In this document: positions 47,384 to 57,089 of the stretch, in pieces
How the letters are laid out: each line of letters opens with the position of its first letter
Position numbering within the stretch: position 1 is the first letter of the stretch
IMG/VR virus record: IMGVR_UViG_3300020159_001814
Coordinates: 13,793-77,792 of that record
DNA length: 64,000 nt
Source: a virus
Strand: one strand, 5' to 3'
The notes under the pieces: generated by a model
Database searches by the model: none
Told to the model about the DNA's origin: nothing
The model's input: the letters and a program-made list of their open reading frames with translations, nothing else
Made by a program: the position numbers and the translations under genes

Positions 47384-49076
47384 CTTTAGGTCTTTTTATA
47401 ACAATCGAGTTAACATTAACTTCTTGTTTAATTGGTTTTTGTAAAAACAATATATTTAAAAATGGGTAATGTGCTCCGTTAATAAATGGATGGTCCACAC
47501 CAATATTATCCGCATCTATAAAACCATAACTATATAAATCCCTCCATAACCATAATTGGTTTGATTCTGAAAACCACGAATATCCAGGGATACCATCAAC
47601 TTCATTTTTACCCCCATATTCTATGTAATCACTAAATGTTCTTATTTTAATTGGGTAGTGTGGTATATATACATACCCACTAGGGTATGAATTTGTTGAG
47701 TTATCTAAAAAAACCATTTGGTTATATGAGTACTTATGATATAGATTTGATAATACATATTCTTTTTGTTCTATCTCATTGTATTCACAAAAATCACCTT
47801 TAATTACGTCACCGATATTTAGTTCTTTATTAAAATAGAATGTCTGTCCGTTCGCCACGTAACTACCAACAGGTAGGTTGTCTTTATTATTTAAAGATGT
47901 ATGATTCCACCAAGTATCTACTGAATTTTTTAAGAAATTAAATTCCCAACCAATATCTATTGATGTTTGTTGTGACGGTGGGGGGTAATTAAACCAACCC
48001 ATATATCCCTTATTTAATATTGTCACAAAAAGTTCAGTTAATGGTTTTCCATTGTTATCTAATAACCCATTAATATCCACGTCCCTATCAAATGAATAGG
48101 AAAAAGACTGACTACCTTGTCTTTTAGATACCCTTTGTGTTTGGTTTGGTGTTATCGCTGAATATTCTATTTTTTGTTTTATTGGGAAAGCACTGTTTTC
48201 AAAACCAGCTTTAGCCAAATTACAGTCTTTTTCAATTGTTAATACTTTATGAAGTCTAACATAATATCTTGATCTTGTTTCTGCACTGTTTGTTGTTGTT
48301 ATTATTCTTTTAAAACTACCATATTTACCAACAGGAATATCTATTGCCGGAAATTTTAAATCATAGATTGCAAAAACATTTGTTTCACTACCTAATGTTC
48401 CGTCACCGACAGAATAAACTTGGAATAGGTTTTTACCATTTATAGTAAAACTTAACTCAACCCATTCGTTTTCACTTAAATTGTGTGGTGTCGCACAATA
48501 AAAATACACAATGGGGTTTCCATTATAAAACCCTGACTTTATACAGAAAGGAATACCATCACCAACAATCGCATTATTATAGACCGAGTTTGTAATGTTT
48601 TCATTTATATAACTTATTTTTTGTGTTGTAATACTACTAAACGGGTATGTTAAATATATTCCCCAATTATAAGATGACGCACTTTTTGGTGCAAATGGTA
48701 TGTGGTTTGGTATACCATCCGACCTTAAAAATGTGAACTCGTCAAATTGTGGTGTACCTTCCCAAGCGTTTGCATTATTTAGTGCGTTTTGAACTGCATT
48801 TGTATAATAAAGATAATTTTTAAATGGTGAATAACTAGTTTTTCCCGTTATTTCATTATTAAAAACATTAACAATTTTTCCAGATACCCGGTATATACCA
48901 CTATTTTGTCTTTCTTTGTTAAATTGTTCTAATTGATTTACCATTACCGATCTATCGGATTCCGTAATATCCCTTCTTTCACCAATCAACGCAGGTTGTA
49001 TCCAAACATCTTTATTTGTGTTTCCTGCGTATCTTTTAGAACCTAAAACAATTCTTATTTCATTTTCATTACTCAT
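47367..49076 (-). CDS. Structural protein (putative)
   Basis: 569-aa coupled ORF in baseplate operon. Confidence 0.6.
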   Translation of the reverse strand: MSNENEIRIVLGSKRYAGNTNKDVWIQPALIGERRDITESDRSVMVNQLEQFNKERQNSGIYRVSGKIVNVFNNEITGKTSYSPFKNYLYYTNAVQNALNNANAWEGTPQFDEFTFLRSDGIPNHIPFAPKSASSYNWGIYLTYPFSSITTQKISYINENITNSVYNNAIVGDGIPFCIKSGFYNGNPIVYFYCATPHNLSENEWVELSFTINGKNLFQVYSVGDGTLGSETNVFAIYDLKFPAIDIPVGKYGSFKRIITTTNSAETRSRYYVRLHKVLTIEKDCNLAKAGFENSAFPIKQKIEYSAITPNQTQRVSKRQGSQSFSYSFDRDVDINGLLDNNGKPLTELFVTILNKGYMGWFNYPPPSQQTSIDIGWEFNFLKNSVDTWWNHTSLNNKDNLPVGSYVANGQTFYFNKELNIGDVIKGDFCEYNEIEQKEYVLSNLYHKYSYNQMVFLDNSTNSYPSGYVYIPHYPIKIRTFSDYIEYGGKNEVDGIPGYSWFSESNQLWLWRDLYSYGFIDADNIGVDHPFINGAHYPFLNILFLQKPIKQEVNVNSIVIKRPKVDDCE

Positions 49077-52000
49077 TTTGATTTAAAATATATTTTGTAA
49101 TGTATCTATTTATTGCACTTTTACCCTTGTTTAATCCAAAATAAAAATGATTGGGTGCTCCCACAACAAATTTATCCGCATTTCCTGAAGGCCAAGAAGC
49201 GGAAGGAGTAACCCCATTCGATTGGTAATTATAAATGTACCCAAGATTTGGTCCGTTATCGGCCCAAAAATAATCTGTCTGTGTAAAGTCCATTCCTTGA
49301 TATTTTGTTGAGTACATTTTTAAATTTGCAACATCTAAATCGGTCGCCCAATCGTTATCTTGATTCCCAAATACATTACCGGTATCGTCAGACTTCCACT
49401 TATACATAGGTACTTCTTGTGTATCAGGATACCCAAAGTAATTAGTTAATCCTGGTCCTAATGTTGTTATTCCGGGTGATAAAACTTTTCTATTTGCCGT
49501 TTCTGAACTAAAGAATATACCCACCAAAGAGTCGCCGTTAGAATCTGTAGAAACATAAAGGTCATTTACCCCATCATATTCATCTTCACTAAATGCTGCA
49601 ACACCGTATTCGGAATTTATACTAAATAATTGTACTATGTCACCATCCAATCTGTTTTCACTTCTACTAAATAATCTATCAACAGATGCGTCGCCAAGGC
49701 CGGCAATTTGTCCCCAAAAACTACTATTAATTAATCTAGATATTATTCCTAATTGTAGTATATCTGATGTATCTTGGTTCGATGTTGACTTTAATGTGTT
49801 AACATAAAAACTTTCAAGTTGTGGATTAAAACATACTTCTTTAGTGAATTGATCTCTTGTTCCTAAATCCATTATTGTTGTTGGGAAAAATAAATTCCTT
49901 TCGTTAGATTTATAACTTTGTGGGAAATCCCAAGACCCGACATTTAATGTTTTTTTCTTAGGTATTTGACCTAAGAAATTTGTTCCGTCATATGGTGTTG
50001 ATCTGTAAAATAATGAATTAGTTGTCCCTTCTGTATATATTATAGGTCCTTGACCATATCTAGCGTTACTGTCTAATGTTCCGCAAAATTTATATTTTTT
50101 AGGTTGTCCAACAATACTATATATTGTTTTTTTCTTAAATGAAAACATGTATAAAGTACCGTTAACCCAATTATTTTGAAACATTTCGGCAAATACCCCT
50201 CTACATGCTGCGAACATCATTCTAAATCTTGCCTTCCATTCTTCAAAATATTTGATGTCTTTTGGTATTGAAACTAATAATGGTTTATCAACTAAATAAT
50301 AACACCCACCTTTAACCCTATTACCGTCAGGATTACCTAAATTGTTATCCGTATCGTCATCTTCACACGCCGGCACTACCGTAAAGTTAGTTCCGTTACC
50401 TTGGTAGCACCCTAATGCTGTCATACCCGCACAATCAAATGATGTTAAAACGGTCGTAGTAAAATCATTCGCATCTTCGGCCGCGTCAGCAGCATCATTA
50501 TTAGAATCGTACGGCACTGTAGTTATACTGAAAGCCACTGAAGTACCATCTTCATTAACCATATAGTACCCAAACCTTTTATTTTGGTGTAGTGCAAAAG
50601 AATTATTTCCTATCGTGTCCACTTTATCTGAAACAGGTAATCTATCAGACCTTAAAACTAATCTACCATTATTGGTCATTTGAATTGGTGTTTGTGGTGA
50701 TAGATGATATGCGGGTGAATAAACCCTAGACCTATTATTACCACCAGTTTCAAATGGTGACAAAAAAGTAGGGTTAGAAAGTGGGTTTGGTGGTGTGTCT
50801 ATCCAATAACATTGGAATATATTATGATTTGACACTGTAAAAGACCCCCCGTCAATTCTACCTATTTGATTATTATTGTACGTTGATGATGCGTTCCGAT
50901 GTTTTACATTGTTATTATATATAGAACCAGTACTACCTAAATCTAAACTATTAGATTGGAACCATGCTCCCATTGAGAATGTATCGTAAGATCCGTGTAC
51001 CAACGTAAGTGTTGATTTATCTGTTGATGTATAATAATATGGTGCTGTTGTGGTAAACGACGTAAACGCGGTTGTGTCAACATTAAAATTAAAAGGTGTG
51101 TGATAAAGTTTATCATTAGTGTTGTTAGCAACTAAATTATGTTTTTCAGGTGTTTGTTGGTCAACCGCCCAAGCACCTGTACTATTTTTTTGTATCGGTA
51201 TATTTAAGTAATAATTTCCTTCAACAGTGTAAGTGTTGTTTGCACTTGTTTGCCCAAATAAAATAGATAAATCATATTTTATTGTTTGTTTATCAGTATA
51301 TGGATCAACGCCTCTAGTTAAAAAAACAATCTCTTGATTTTCATAATCATTTAACCAAACATATGATCGATTATTACTTGTTGTTGTGTCAAACTGTTTG
51401 GAACCTAATAAATATTTTTCTATCAATCCACTACCATTGGTCATTCCTGAAATATCACTAATGGTCATTCCTGTAATCATTTGGAAATATTCTACTCCCG
51501 ATTTTACTTTATATTGTTTTTCTGATGTGTTAGAAATTATTTTAATATTTCTGACAATTTGATTACCATTGTCCAACATATAGGTAACAGGTTTATCGTA
51601 ACCTGTTGGTGATAATGTTGTTGTTCCAGTAATTGCGTTAGTATTGAACTGATTTGCAACGGTTAATCCTGTTATATTATTATCCGATAAACTATTAGTA
51701 TCATTAAAAGATATTAGTTTACCCATCAATAAGTCTTTAGTTCCCGGATCAACCAAAAGAACCATACATGTATCTTCATAATAATTTATAGTGTCATTCG
51801 CAATTGATGGGTTAGGTATGACTTTTATTTTATTTTTAGCGGTATTATCAAAATATCTTGGTCTAATATTCGCTAAATTCATTGATTGAGCCAATGTTAT
51901 ACCATCACCAAACTTACCCATAATAGAATCACCATTTGTTACACTTTTGATATAACCAACCTTATAACAATTCACAGTATTTTTAATTTCACCTGTGACA

Positions 52001-53970
52001 AACTGCCTAGTTGCGGTATAATAAACATTAACATCGTCAACCGCAGAATCGAAAGTATAACAACCCGCAAAGTTAGGTGTCCAATTACCAGCCTCACCTA
52101 AATCAATAAGAACCGTGGTGTTTGCCGCTTGTATTGTTGCTAATGTTTGTTGATTAACACCACTAGTGTCTTGTTCTAAAGTAGTATCCTCACATGGACA
52201 TGCTTCACAATCAGGATAACTTAGCATTGGTAGTGATATCCTTTTAAACGGGTTACCTTCTAAAGGTGTTATGGTTTCTTTTTTACATTCGATACTATTG
52301 GAAAACCATGAAACAACAACACATATACCATAAATAACCACATTAACTAACCATATGATTAGATTGATTATGAATTGCAAAACTGGCCATATAAAAGCCA
52401 ATACGTGTAAGATAATTATTATCGTATATATAGTTGGGGTTAATAATACTATTAATATGTTAAATAAGAAAAATAAGAAATCAAAATTCTTAATTGCGTC
52501 ATTGGTTGGGAATCTGTTTACTTTAGATGTACAAGTTTTGTCATTTATTTCTTTAATACCTAAATGTCGATTCCTGTTTGTGCCCCACTTCCATCTATCT
52601 AAAAAATTAGCAATTGTATAAACTTTGTTATAATTGAATTTATAAAAGGTGTCTTCACAATTGATTGCCGATGTGGGGTCCGCATAATCATTCCAATCTA
52701 AGCTAAATGCGTATGATTTTTTTTGTTGTAGTAATTGAGCTGCGGTAAATGTTTCAGGACCATTATTATTGTTTGGGTTTGCACTTAGTGGTAACCAACC
52801 ATATTCCCTAACATTAGGAACCAAATAATCGGCTCTCATAATGTCGTTTTCCATCCCCGACTCATTTTGGTATTTAATTCTAAATCTATATCTACCTGTC
52901 GTTGGTATACCAACTTTAGGGTCATTAGATATTACTTGGTCACCAAATTCGTTTGTGGTGACGTAATCCATATTCATGGGTAATTCTACCAACCACGTCC
53001 CTTCATCGTCGATTATTTTACCACCTTCAGGTAAACTGAATTGTTCTAAAACAGGCTGACCGTTAGAATCGAAATCTATTGTTTGTCTTATTGCTAAAAT
53101 TTCACCAGGAGCAGCCACTAAATCACAAAGTTTTCCTGTTGTTTTCTTTGGTTTACAATTTGATTTTAAAAAGTCTTCGTCTGTTGTTGAAAACAAGGAC
53201 CCCATAAAGATGGATTGTGGTTTTATTTCAACACCGTAATCCCTTAAATCAAAATCAGCCCTAGTTATTCCTACGTTACATAAGTCTTGTTCACCCCAAA
53301 AAGAAGTGACATCGATATCTTTACTACCAAAAATTATTTGAGGTAACGATGATAAATCTGTGGACGATTTAAATAATGGTCCGTTGAATTGTTCCGCAAC
53401 TCCCATACCCATTCTAATTAAATCGGCAGGTCTTAAAGAAAAACACCCTATGTTTGAAAGGTCTAAATCCATAGCAATGACTTGCATTCCAAGAGGAACA
53501 CCAATAATCATAAAGTCACCACTTTCATTAGTCTTAACGGTATATCTATAATATTTTTCGTATACTTCTAAAACTTCTTTTCTTTCTAATAAATCTTTTC
53601 TATCTGGAAATGTACCCGTTGGTGTGTGACCTCCGTATTCTTTTACGTAAGGTAATAAGTTATACCTATACCCATCTTCATTTTTATCTGAAGGTTTTTT
53701 ATAAGGATATAGTGTGGATATTATTTCATCTTCTTCGTCTATTGACGATAATGGAACAAATATAGATATATTAACGTTAGGTACCCCGTAACCACCATTA
53801 GTAATTACCCTACCGGCAACCACACCATAGTCAGCACAAAATCTTGTGTAAACATCTTCTTGTCTTAATTTTAATGATAAAATTTCTAAAAAATCAAAAT
53901 CTTGATTGATGTTTAGTCGTATATTTTTGTCGGTACCAACTTCCGTTCTTATTCTATGACTTTTTTGCAT
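49069..53970 (-). CDS. Very large baseplate-associated protein with internal hydrophobic segment
   Basis: 1633 aa; N-terminal GVVAGRV...GVPNVNISIF (transthyretin/carboxypeptidase-regulatory-like); ~60-aa hydrophobic stretch. Confidence 0.65.
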   Translation of the reverse strand: MQKSHRIRTEVGTDKNIRLNINQDFDFLEILSLKLRQEDVYTRFCADYGVVAGRVITNGGYGVPNVNISIFVPLSSIDEEDEIISTLYPYKKPSDKNEDGYRYNLLPYVKEYGGHTPTGTFPDRKDLLERKEVLEVYEKYYRYTVKTNESGDFMIIGVPLGMQVIAMDLDLSNIGCFSLRPADLIRMGMGVAEQFNGPLFKSSTDLSSLPQIIFGSKDIDVTSFWGEQDLCNVGITRADFDLRDYGVEIKPQSIFMGSLFSTTDEDFLKSNCKPKKTTGKLCDLVAAPGEILAIRQTIDFDSNGQPVLEQFSLPEGGKIIDDEGTWLVELPMNMDYVTTNEFGDQVISNDPKVGIPTTGRYRFRIKYQNESGMENDIMRADYLVPNVREYGWLPLSANPNNNNGPETFTAAQLLQQKKSYAFSLDWNDYADPTSAINCEDTFYKFNYNKVYTIANFLDRWKWGTNRNRHLGIKEINDKTCTSKVNRFPTNDAIKNFDFLFFLFNILIVLLTPTIYTIIIILHVLAFIWPVLQFIINLIIWLVNVVIYGICVVVSWFSNSIECKKETITPLEGNPFKRISLPMLSYPDCEACPCEDTTLEQDTSGVNQQTLATIQAANTTVLIDLGEAGNWTPNFAGCYTFDSAVDDVNVYYTATRQFVTGEIKNTVNCYKVGYIKSVTNGDSIMGKFGDGITLAQSMNLANIRPRYFDNTAKNKIKVIPNPSIANDTINYYEDTCMVLLVDPGTKDLLMGKLISFNDTNSLSDNNITGLTVANQFNTNAITGTTTLSPTGYDKPVTYMLDNGNQIVRNIKIISNTSEKQYKVKSGVEYFQMITGMTISDISGMTNGSGLIEKYLLGSKQFDTTTSNNRSYVWLNDYENQEIVFLTRGVDPYTDKQTIKYDLSILFGQTSANNTYTVEGNYYLNIPIQKNSTGAWAVDQQTPEKHNLVANNTNDKLYHTPFNFNVDTTAFTSFTTTAPYYYTSTDKSTLTLVHGSYDTFSMGAWFQSNSLDLGSTGSIYNNNVKHRNASSTYNNNQIGRIDGGSFTVSNHNIFQCYWIDTPPNPLSNPTFLSPFETGGNNRSRVYSPAYHLSPQTPIQMTNNGRLVLRSDRLPVSDKVDTIGNNSFALHQNKRFGYYMVNEDGTSVAFSITTVPYDSNNDAADAAEDANDFTTTVLTSFDCAGMTALGCYQGNGTNFTVVPACEDDDTDNNLGNPDGNRVKGGCYYLVDKPLLVSIPKDIKYFEEWKARFRMMFAACRGVFAEMFQNNWVNGTLYMFSFKKKTIYSIVGQPKKYKFCGTLDSNARYGQGPIIYTEGTTNSLFYRSTPYDGTNFLGQIPKKKTLNVGSWDFPQSYKSNERNLFFPTTIMDLGTRDQFTKEVCFNPQLESFYVNTLKSTSNQDTSDILQLGIISRLINSSFWGQIAGLGDASVDRLFSRSENRLDGDIVQLFSINSEYGVAAFSEDEYDGVNDLYVSTDSNGDSLVGIFFSSETANRKVLSPGITTLGPGLTNYFGYPDTQEVPMYKWKSDDTGNVFGNQDNDWATDLDVANLKMYSTKYQGMDFTQTDYFWADNGPNLGYIYNYQSNGVTPSASWPSGNADKFVVGAPNHFYFGLNKGKSAINRYITKYILNQNE

Positions 53971-54044
53971 TATACTTTTTTAATAAATAGTTATTTTGAT
54001 GTTTTTACCAAAAAAGTAACACTAAAAGAATTAAAATAAATATA

Positions 54045-55883
54045 TTAAGAGAAGTCTACGGATTTAAATGTTTTGGTTCTTACTTTTATATCTGAACTGT
54101 CAAATCTAACTTGATATGCTTGGTCTGGTTCAGCAAATATTGTATCGTCAATAAGTTGTATTTCTCTTGTTAAAGGGTCTAAATATTTTTGTGATGTTTC
54201 TGATGATGAATATTTACCACCAACTTTATTAAATACCTTTATTTCAGGTACACTTAGGATACCGCCTAAATTTTGTATTCTTTTTCTTATTTCAGAAACA
54301 TTAACACTACCACCAAGATCTCTATTATTTGGGTTCATGTAATCAGAAACTTGACTAATAACTGCACCAACGACTTCACTTTGACTTCTATCGGATTCTA
54401 ATACAACCGATATTTCAAATTCTAAGTCAATGACCTTTGCACTATCTATAACTATATAATCATTAACCATTCTGTATTTAGAAAGGTATGTTGCTAAATT
54501 TGTTTTTAAGTTGTTCGACGCTACTTGGGTTAATTTACCACCTGTTTCAAATGATAATAACTGAACGACAATTTTATTATCTTTTTCTGTTATGGAAACT
54601 TTACCGGGAGCTCCGAATCTTCCAGGCATTGTGTCTATTATAGATTTATAATCATTCACCGTTACCGCTCTTTTTTGTGCCGCGAAATTAAACGCAACCA
54701 TATTTCTTACTTCTTCTGTTGTTGGTGGGTTTGATCCCCCAACCGCTGCAGTAACATTTCTTACGCTTAACGATTGTTTAACATTTCTATTAATAGTTTC
54801 GTTGGGTCCGTTTATTACAAAATCAATTGTACCGACTTGGTTAATTGCTCCGACACCAACATTAGTTGCGGTTCCACCACCAACCCTATATTGTACAAAT
54901 ATTGTAGTGTTTGGTTTTACTGTTAACCCCAAACCTATATTATTTTGATAATCACCTAATTTTAGATCTACCCCAACATTAGTGAATTGTTTTAATTGTT
55001 CGTTTGGTGTGGTTGTCCCAGCACCAAATTGTATTTTAAAATAACTTTCTGGTGTGTATTCAGTAATAAATCTATTGTCTGTTTGGACATACTTCCCTCC
55101 TCTAACACCATTAGAATCCACAGGCTTAGTGGTATCCTCAACAAACACAGTATCTTCAGCCAAAGCATCGACTTCATACCATTTACCGTTTTCAGCTTGG
55201 AAATCAGAATATTTAGGAGTTCCTTGAAAGGTTGTACCGTCTTTTTGTATAATACTACTAACCCCTAAAACATTTTTTTCAGGTAAAAAGAAATTAAAAA
55301 ATGGAACAACGTCTGATGGGTTTATAACCCTTTTAAAAACTTTTGTTGTACCATTAACTAATACTTCCCTTTTGGTTATAACATAATTAATAATTTTATT
55401 ATTCGCATCGAAACTTGGGACTTTAGTTCTATTAACTTGTCCTTGTTCGTTATATTGTGTTGAAAAGTCTATATCATATAAATTTTCAAATGAGTTTCCT
55501 GCTCCGAAAAATTGGGATCCTGCACGAATTTTACCTAGATACCTAACATCTTCAGAATCACCAAAAGCGGGTACCGTGATTGATAAATCAACAACCGCAA
55601 CTGATGGTCTATACCCCGGCACTTTTAAACCGTATGTTCTTGCTATATTATAGACTGACGATCTTTGTTGTGCATACTGCAATACCGTTTCTTGTAAACT
55701 TCTATCTATATGGTAATGTAGGTTATCGGCGATACCCGCATTTAAATCCATTAAAACAGAAAACACCGAAGCATCATTAAAATTTTGAATTAAGTCGGGA
55801 TAATAACTTTGTACGTAATTTAATAATTCGTCCCTAAGTCCAACGAAATCCCTTTCGGTATATGATATTTTTCTTTCTGCCAT
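54045..55883 (-). CDS. Baseplate wedge subunit (T4 gp6/P2 gpJ-like)
   Basis: YTERDF, DFNDAS-like NFNDAS, YRVGGG..TNV, AVGG, RAVTVNDY. Confidence 0.85.
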   Translation of the reverse strand: MAERKISYTERDFVGLRDELLNYVQSYYPDLIQNFNDASVFSVLMDLNAGIADNLHYHIDRSLQETVLQYAQQRSSVYNIARTYGLKVPGYRPSVAVVDLSITVPAFGDSEDVRYLGKIRAGSQFFGAGNSFENLYDIDFSTQYNEQGQVNRTKVPSFDANNKIINYVITKREVLVNGTTKVFKRVINPSDVVPFFNFFLPEKNVLGVSSIIQKDGTTFQGTPKYSDFQAENGKWYEVDALAEDTVFVEDTTKPVDSNGVRGGKYVQTDNRFITEYTPESYFKIQFGAGTTTPNEQLKQFTNVGVDLKLGDYQNNIGLGLTVKPNTTIFVQYRVGGGTATNVGVGAINQVGTIDFVINGPNETINRNVKQSLSVRNVTAAVGGSNPPTTEEVRNMVAFNFAAQKRAVTVNDYKSIIDTMPGRFGAPGKVSITEKDNKIVVQLLSFETGGKLTQVASNNLKTNLATYLSKYRMVNDYIVIDSAKVIDLEFEISVVLESDRSQSEVVGAVISQVSDYMNPNNRDLGGSVNVSEIRKRIQNLGGILSVPEIKVFNKVGGKYSSSETSQKYLDPLTREIQLIDDTIFAEPDQAYQVRFDSSDIKVRTKTFKSVDFS

Positions 55884-56416
55884 TATATATTAATTATAAC
55901 AAATTGTTTAGCACCAAACGGGTCGGTGTCATTAGAATATTCTATTTTTAATTTTGCAGTATATTCTTCAGTATTTTTACCTGGTAACCTATAAATACCA
56001 ACATCTTTTAGTTCTTCATCAGAATTAAAAGTTTCAAAAACTTGGGTTATTGTACCATCATCCACGTATGTTTTTGGGTCAATTATTGTTTTTGGTCCCG
56101 CCGGTTTGTTTTCTAATAAAACATATGGTGTTATAGTAATAGCAATAATATTTAAATCGGGAACATAAATTTCACATTGTTTTTGTATATCTTCTTTAAT
56201 CGCATCAAATGTTTGCCCATCCATTGGATCGAAAATAAATTCATAAAGTCGAGTACCAAAATCGGGTAACATAAATCGACTACCCTTTCTAGTAAGAATT
56301 AAATGTAGTAGACTTGATCGTATTTCTTGATCCCTATCCCTCGACAATGATAGATATTTACCAATCGCGCTTGGTCTAAATGGGAAATTAATACCAAATG
56401 TTTCGTTAGTTGCCAT
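55883..56416 (-). CDS. Baseplate gp25/GPW-like protein
   Basis: GINFPF...IRSSLLHLILTRKGSRFMLPDFGTRLYEFIFDP. Confidence 0.88.
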   Translation of the reverse strand: MATNETFGINFPFRPSAIGKYLSLSRDRDQEIRSSLLHLILTRKGSRFMLPDFGTRLYEFIFDPMDGQTFDAIKEDIQKQCEIYVPDLNIIAITITPYVLLENKPAGPKTIIDPKTYVDDGTITQVFETFNSDEELKDVGIYRLPGKNTEEYTAKLKIEYSNDTDPFGAKQFVIINI

Positions 56417-56467
56417 TATTTTATAAATATATTAAGAGTATATTTTATTTAAATAAAAAAAAATCAC

Positions 56468-56475
56468 TATCTTTG
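56468..56475 (+). promoter_or_regulatory. TAnnTTTG promoter 4 nt upstream of ATG (near-leaderless)
   Basis: TATCTTTG-TAAT-ATG. Confidence 0.6.
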
Positions 56476-56479
56476 TAAT

Positions 56480-57079
56480 ATGAAAACTATATTATCTTTT
56501 TTATTCTTTTTATTTATATTCAATATCTTTTCACAAGATACAATTAATGATTATTACAAAGATATCACCAGTGGTAGTGAATTAGGGGGTTTCTCAAATG
56601 TTAAAGTTAAGTTTTATAAAGACGTTAAAATTTATGTTTTTGGCGAAAAAAATGACACTTTAATGACGGAATTAAATAAAATTGTTGGTGAACTTAATGA
56701 TTTGATAGAAACTGTTAACGTCGAAATAATAAATGATTCTACTCAATCAAATATTGATATTTATTTTGGTTCTACCGAATATTTTTACTCAAAAAGAAAT
56801 GAAAAATTTATTCGTGATTTATCAAAAATAGCTCAGGGGTTTGTTGTTGCATATCCGTATGGTGAAGTTTTAAAAGGGTCATTGGTTTTTGTTAATACTG
56901 ACGTTATAGATAACATGACACGTAAAAAACATGTATTAAGAGAAGAATTAACACAGGCGTTTGGTTTTTGTAATGACTCTTACAAATACCCGACAAGTAT
57001 TTTCTATGAATTGTACTCGGACGTAACAGAGTATTCAGAAATAGATAGGGCGATTATAAAAAAACACTATAAGTTATAA
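56480..57079 (+). CDS. Secreted DUF2927-like (zincin-like) protein
   Basis: Signal peptide ending FS|Q; HVLREELTQAFGFCNDS...SIFY. Confidence 0.65.
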   Translation: MKTILSFLFFLFIFNIFSQDTINDYYKDITSGSELGGFSNVKVKFYKDVKIYVFGEKNDTLMTELNKIVGELNDLIETVNVEIINDSTQSNIDIYFGSTEYFYSKRNEKFIRDLSKIAQGFVVAYPYGEVLKGSLVFVNTDVIDNMTRKKHVLREELTQAFGFCNDSYKYPTSIFYELYSDVTEYSEIDRAIIKKHYKL

Positions 57080-57089
57080 AACGTATTAA

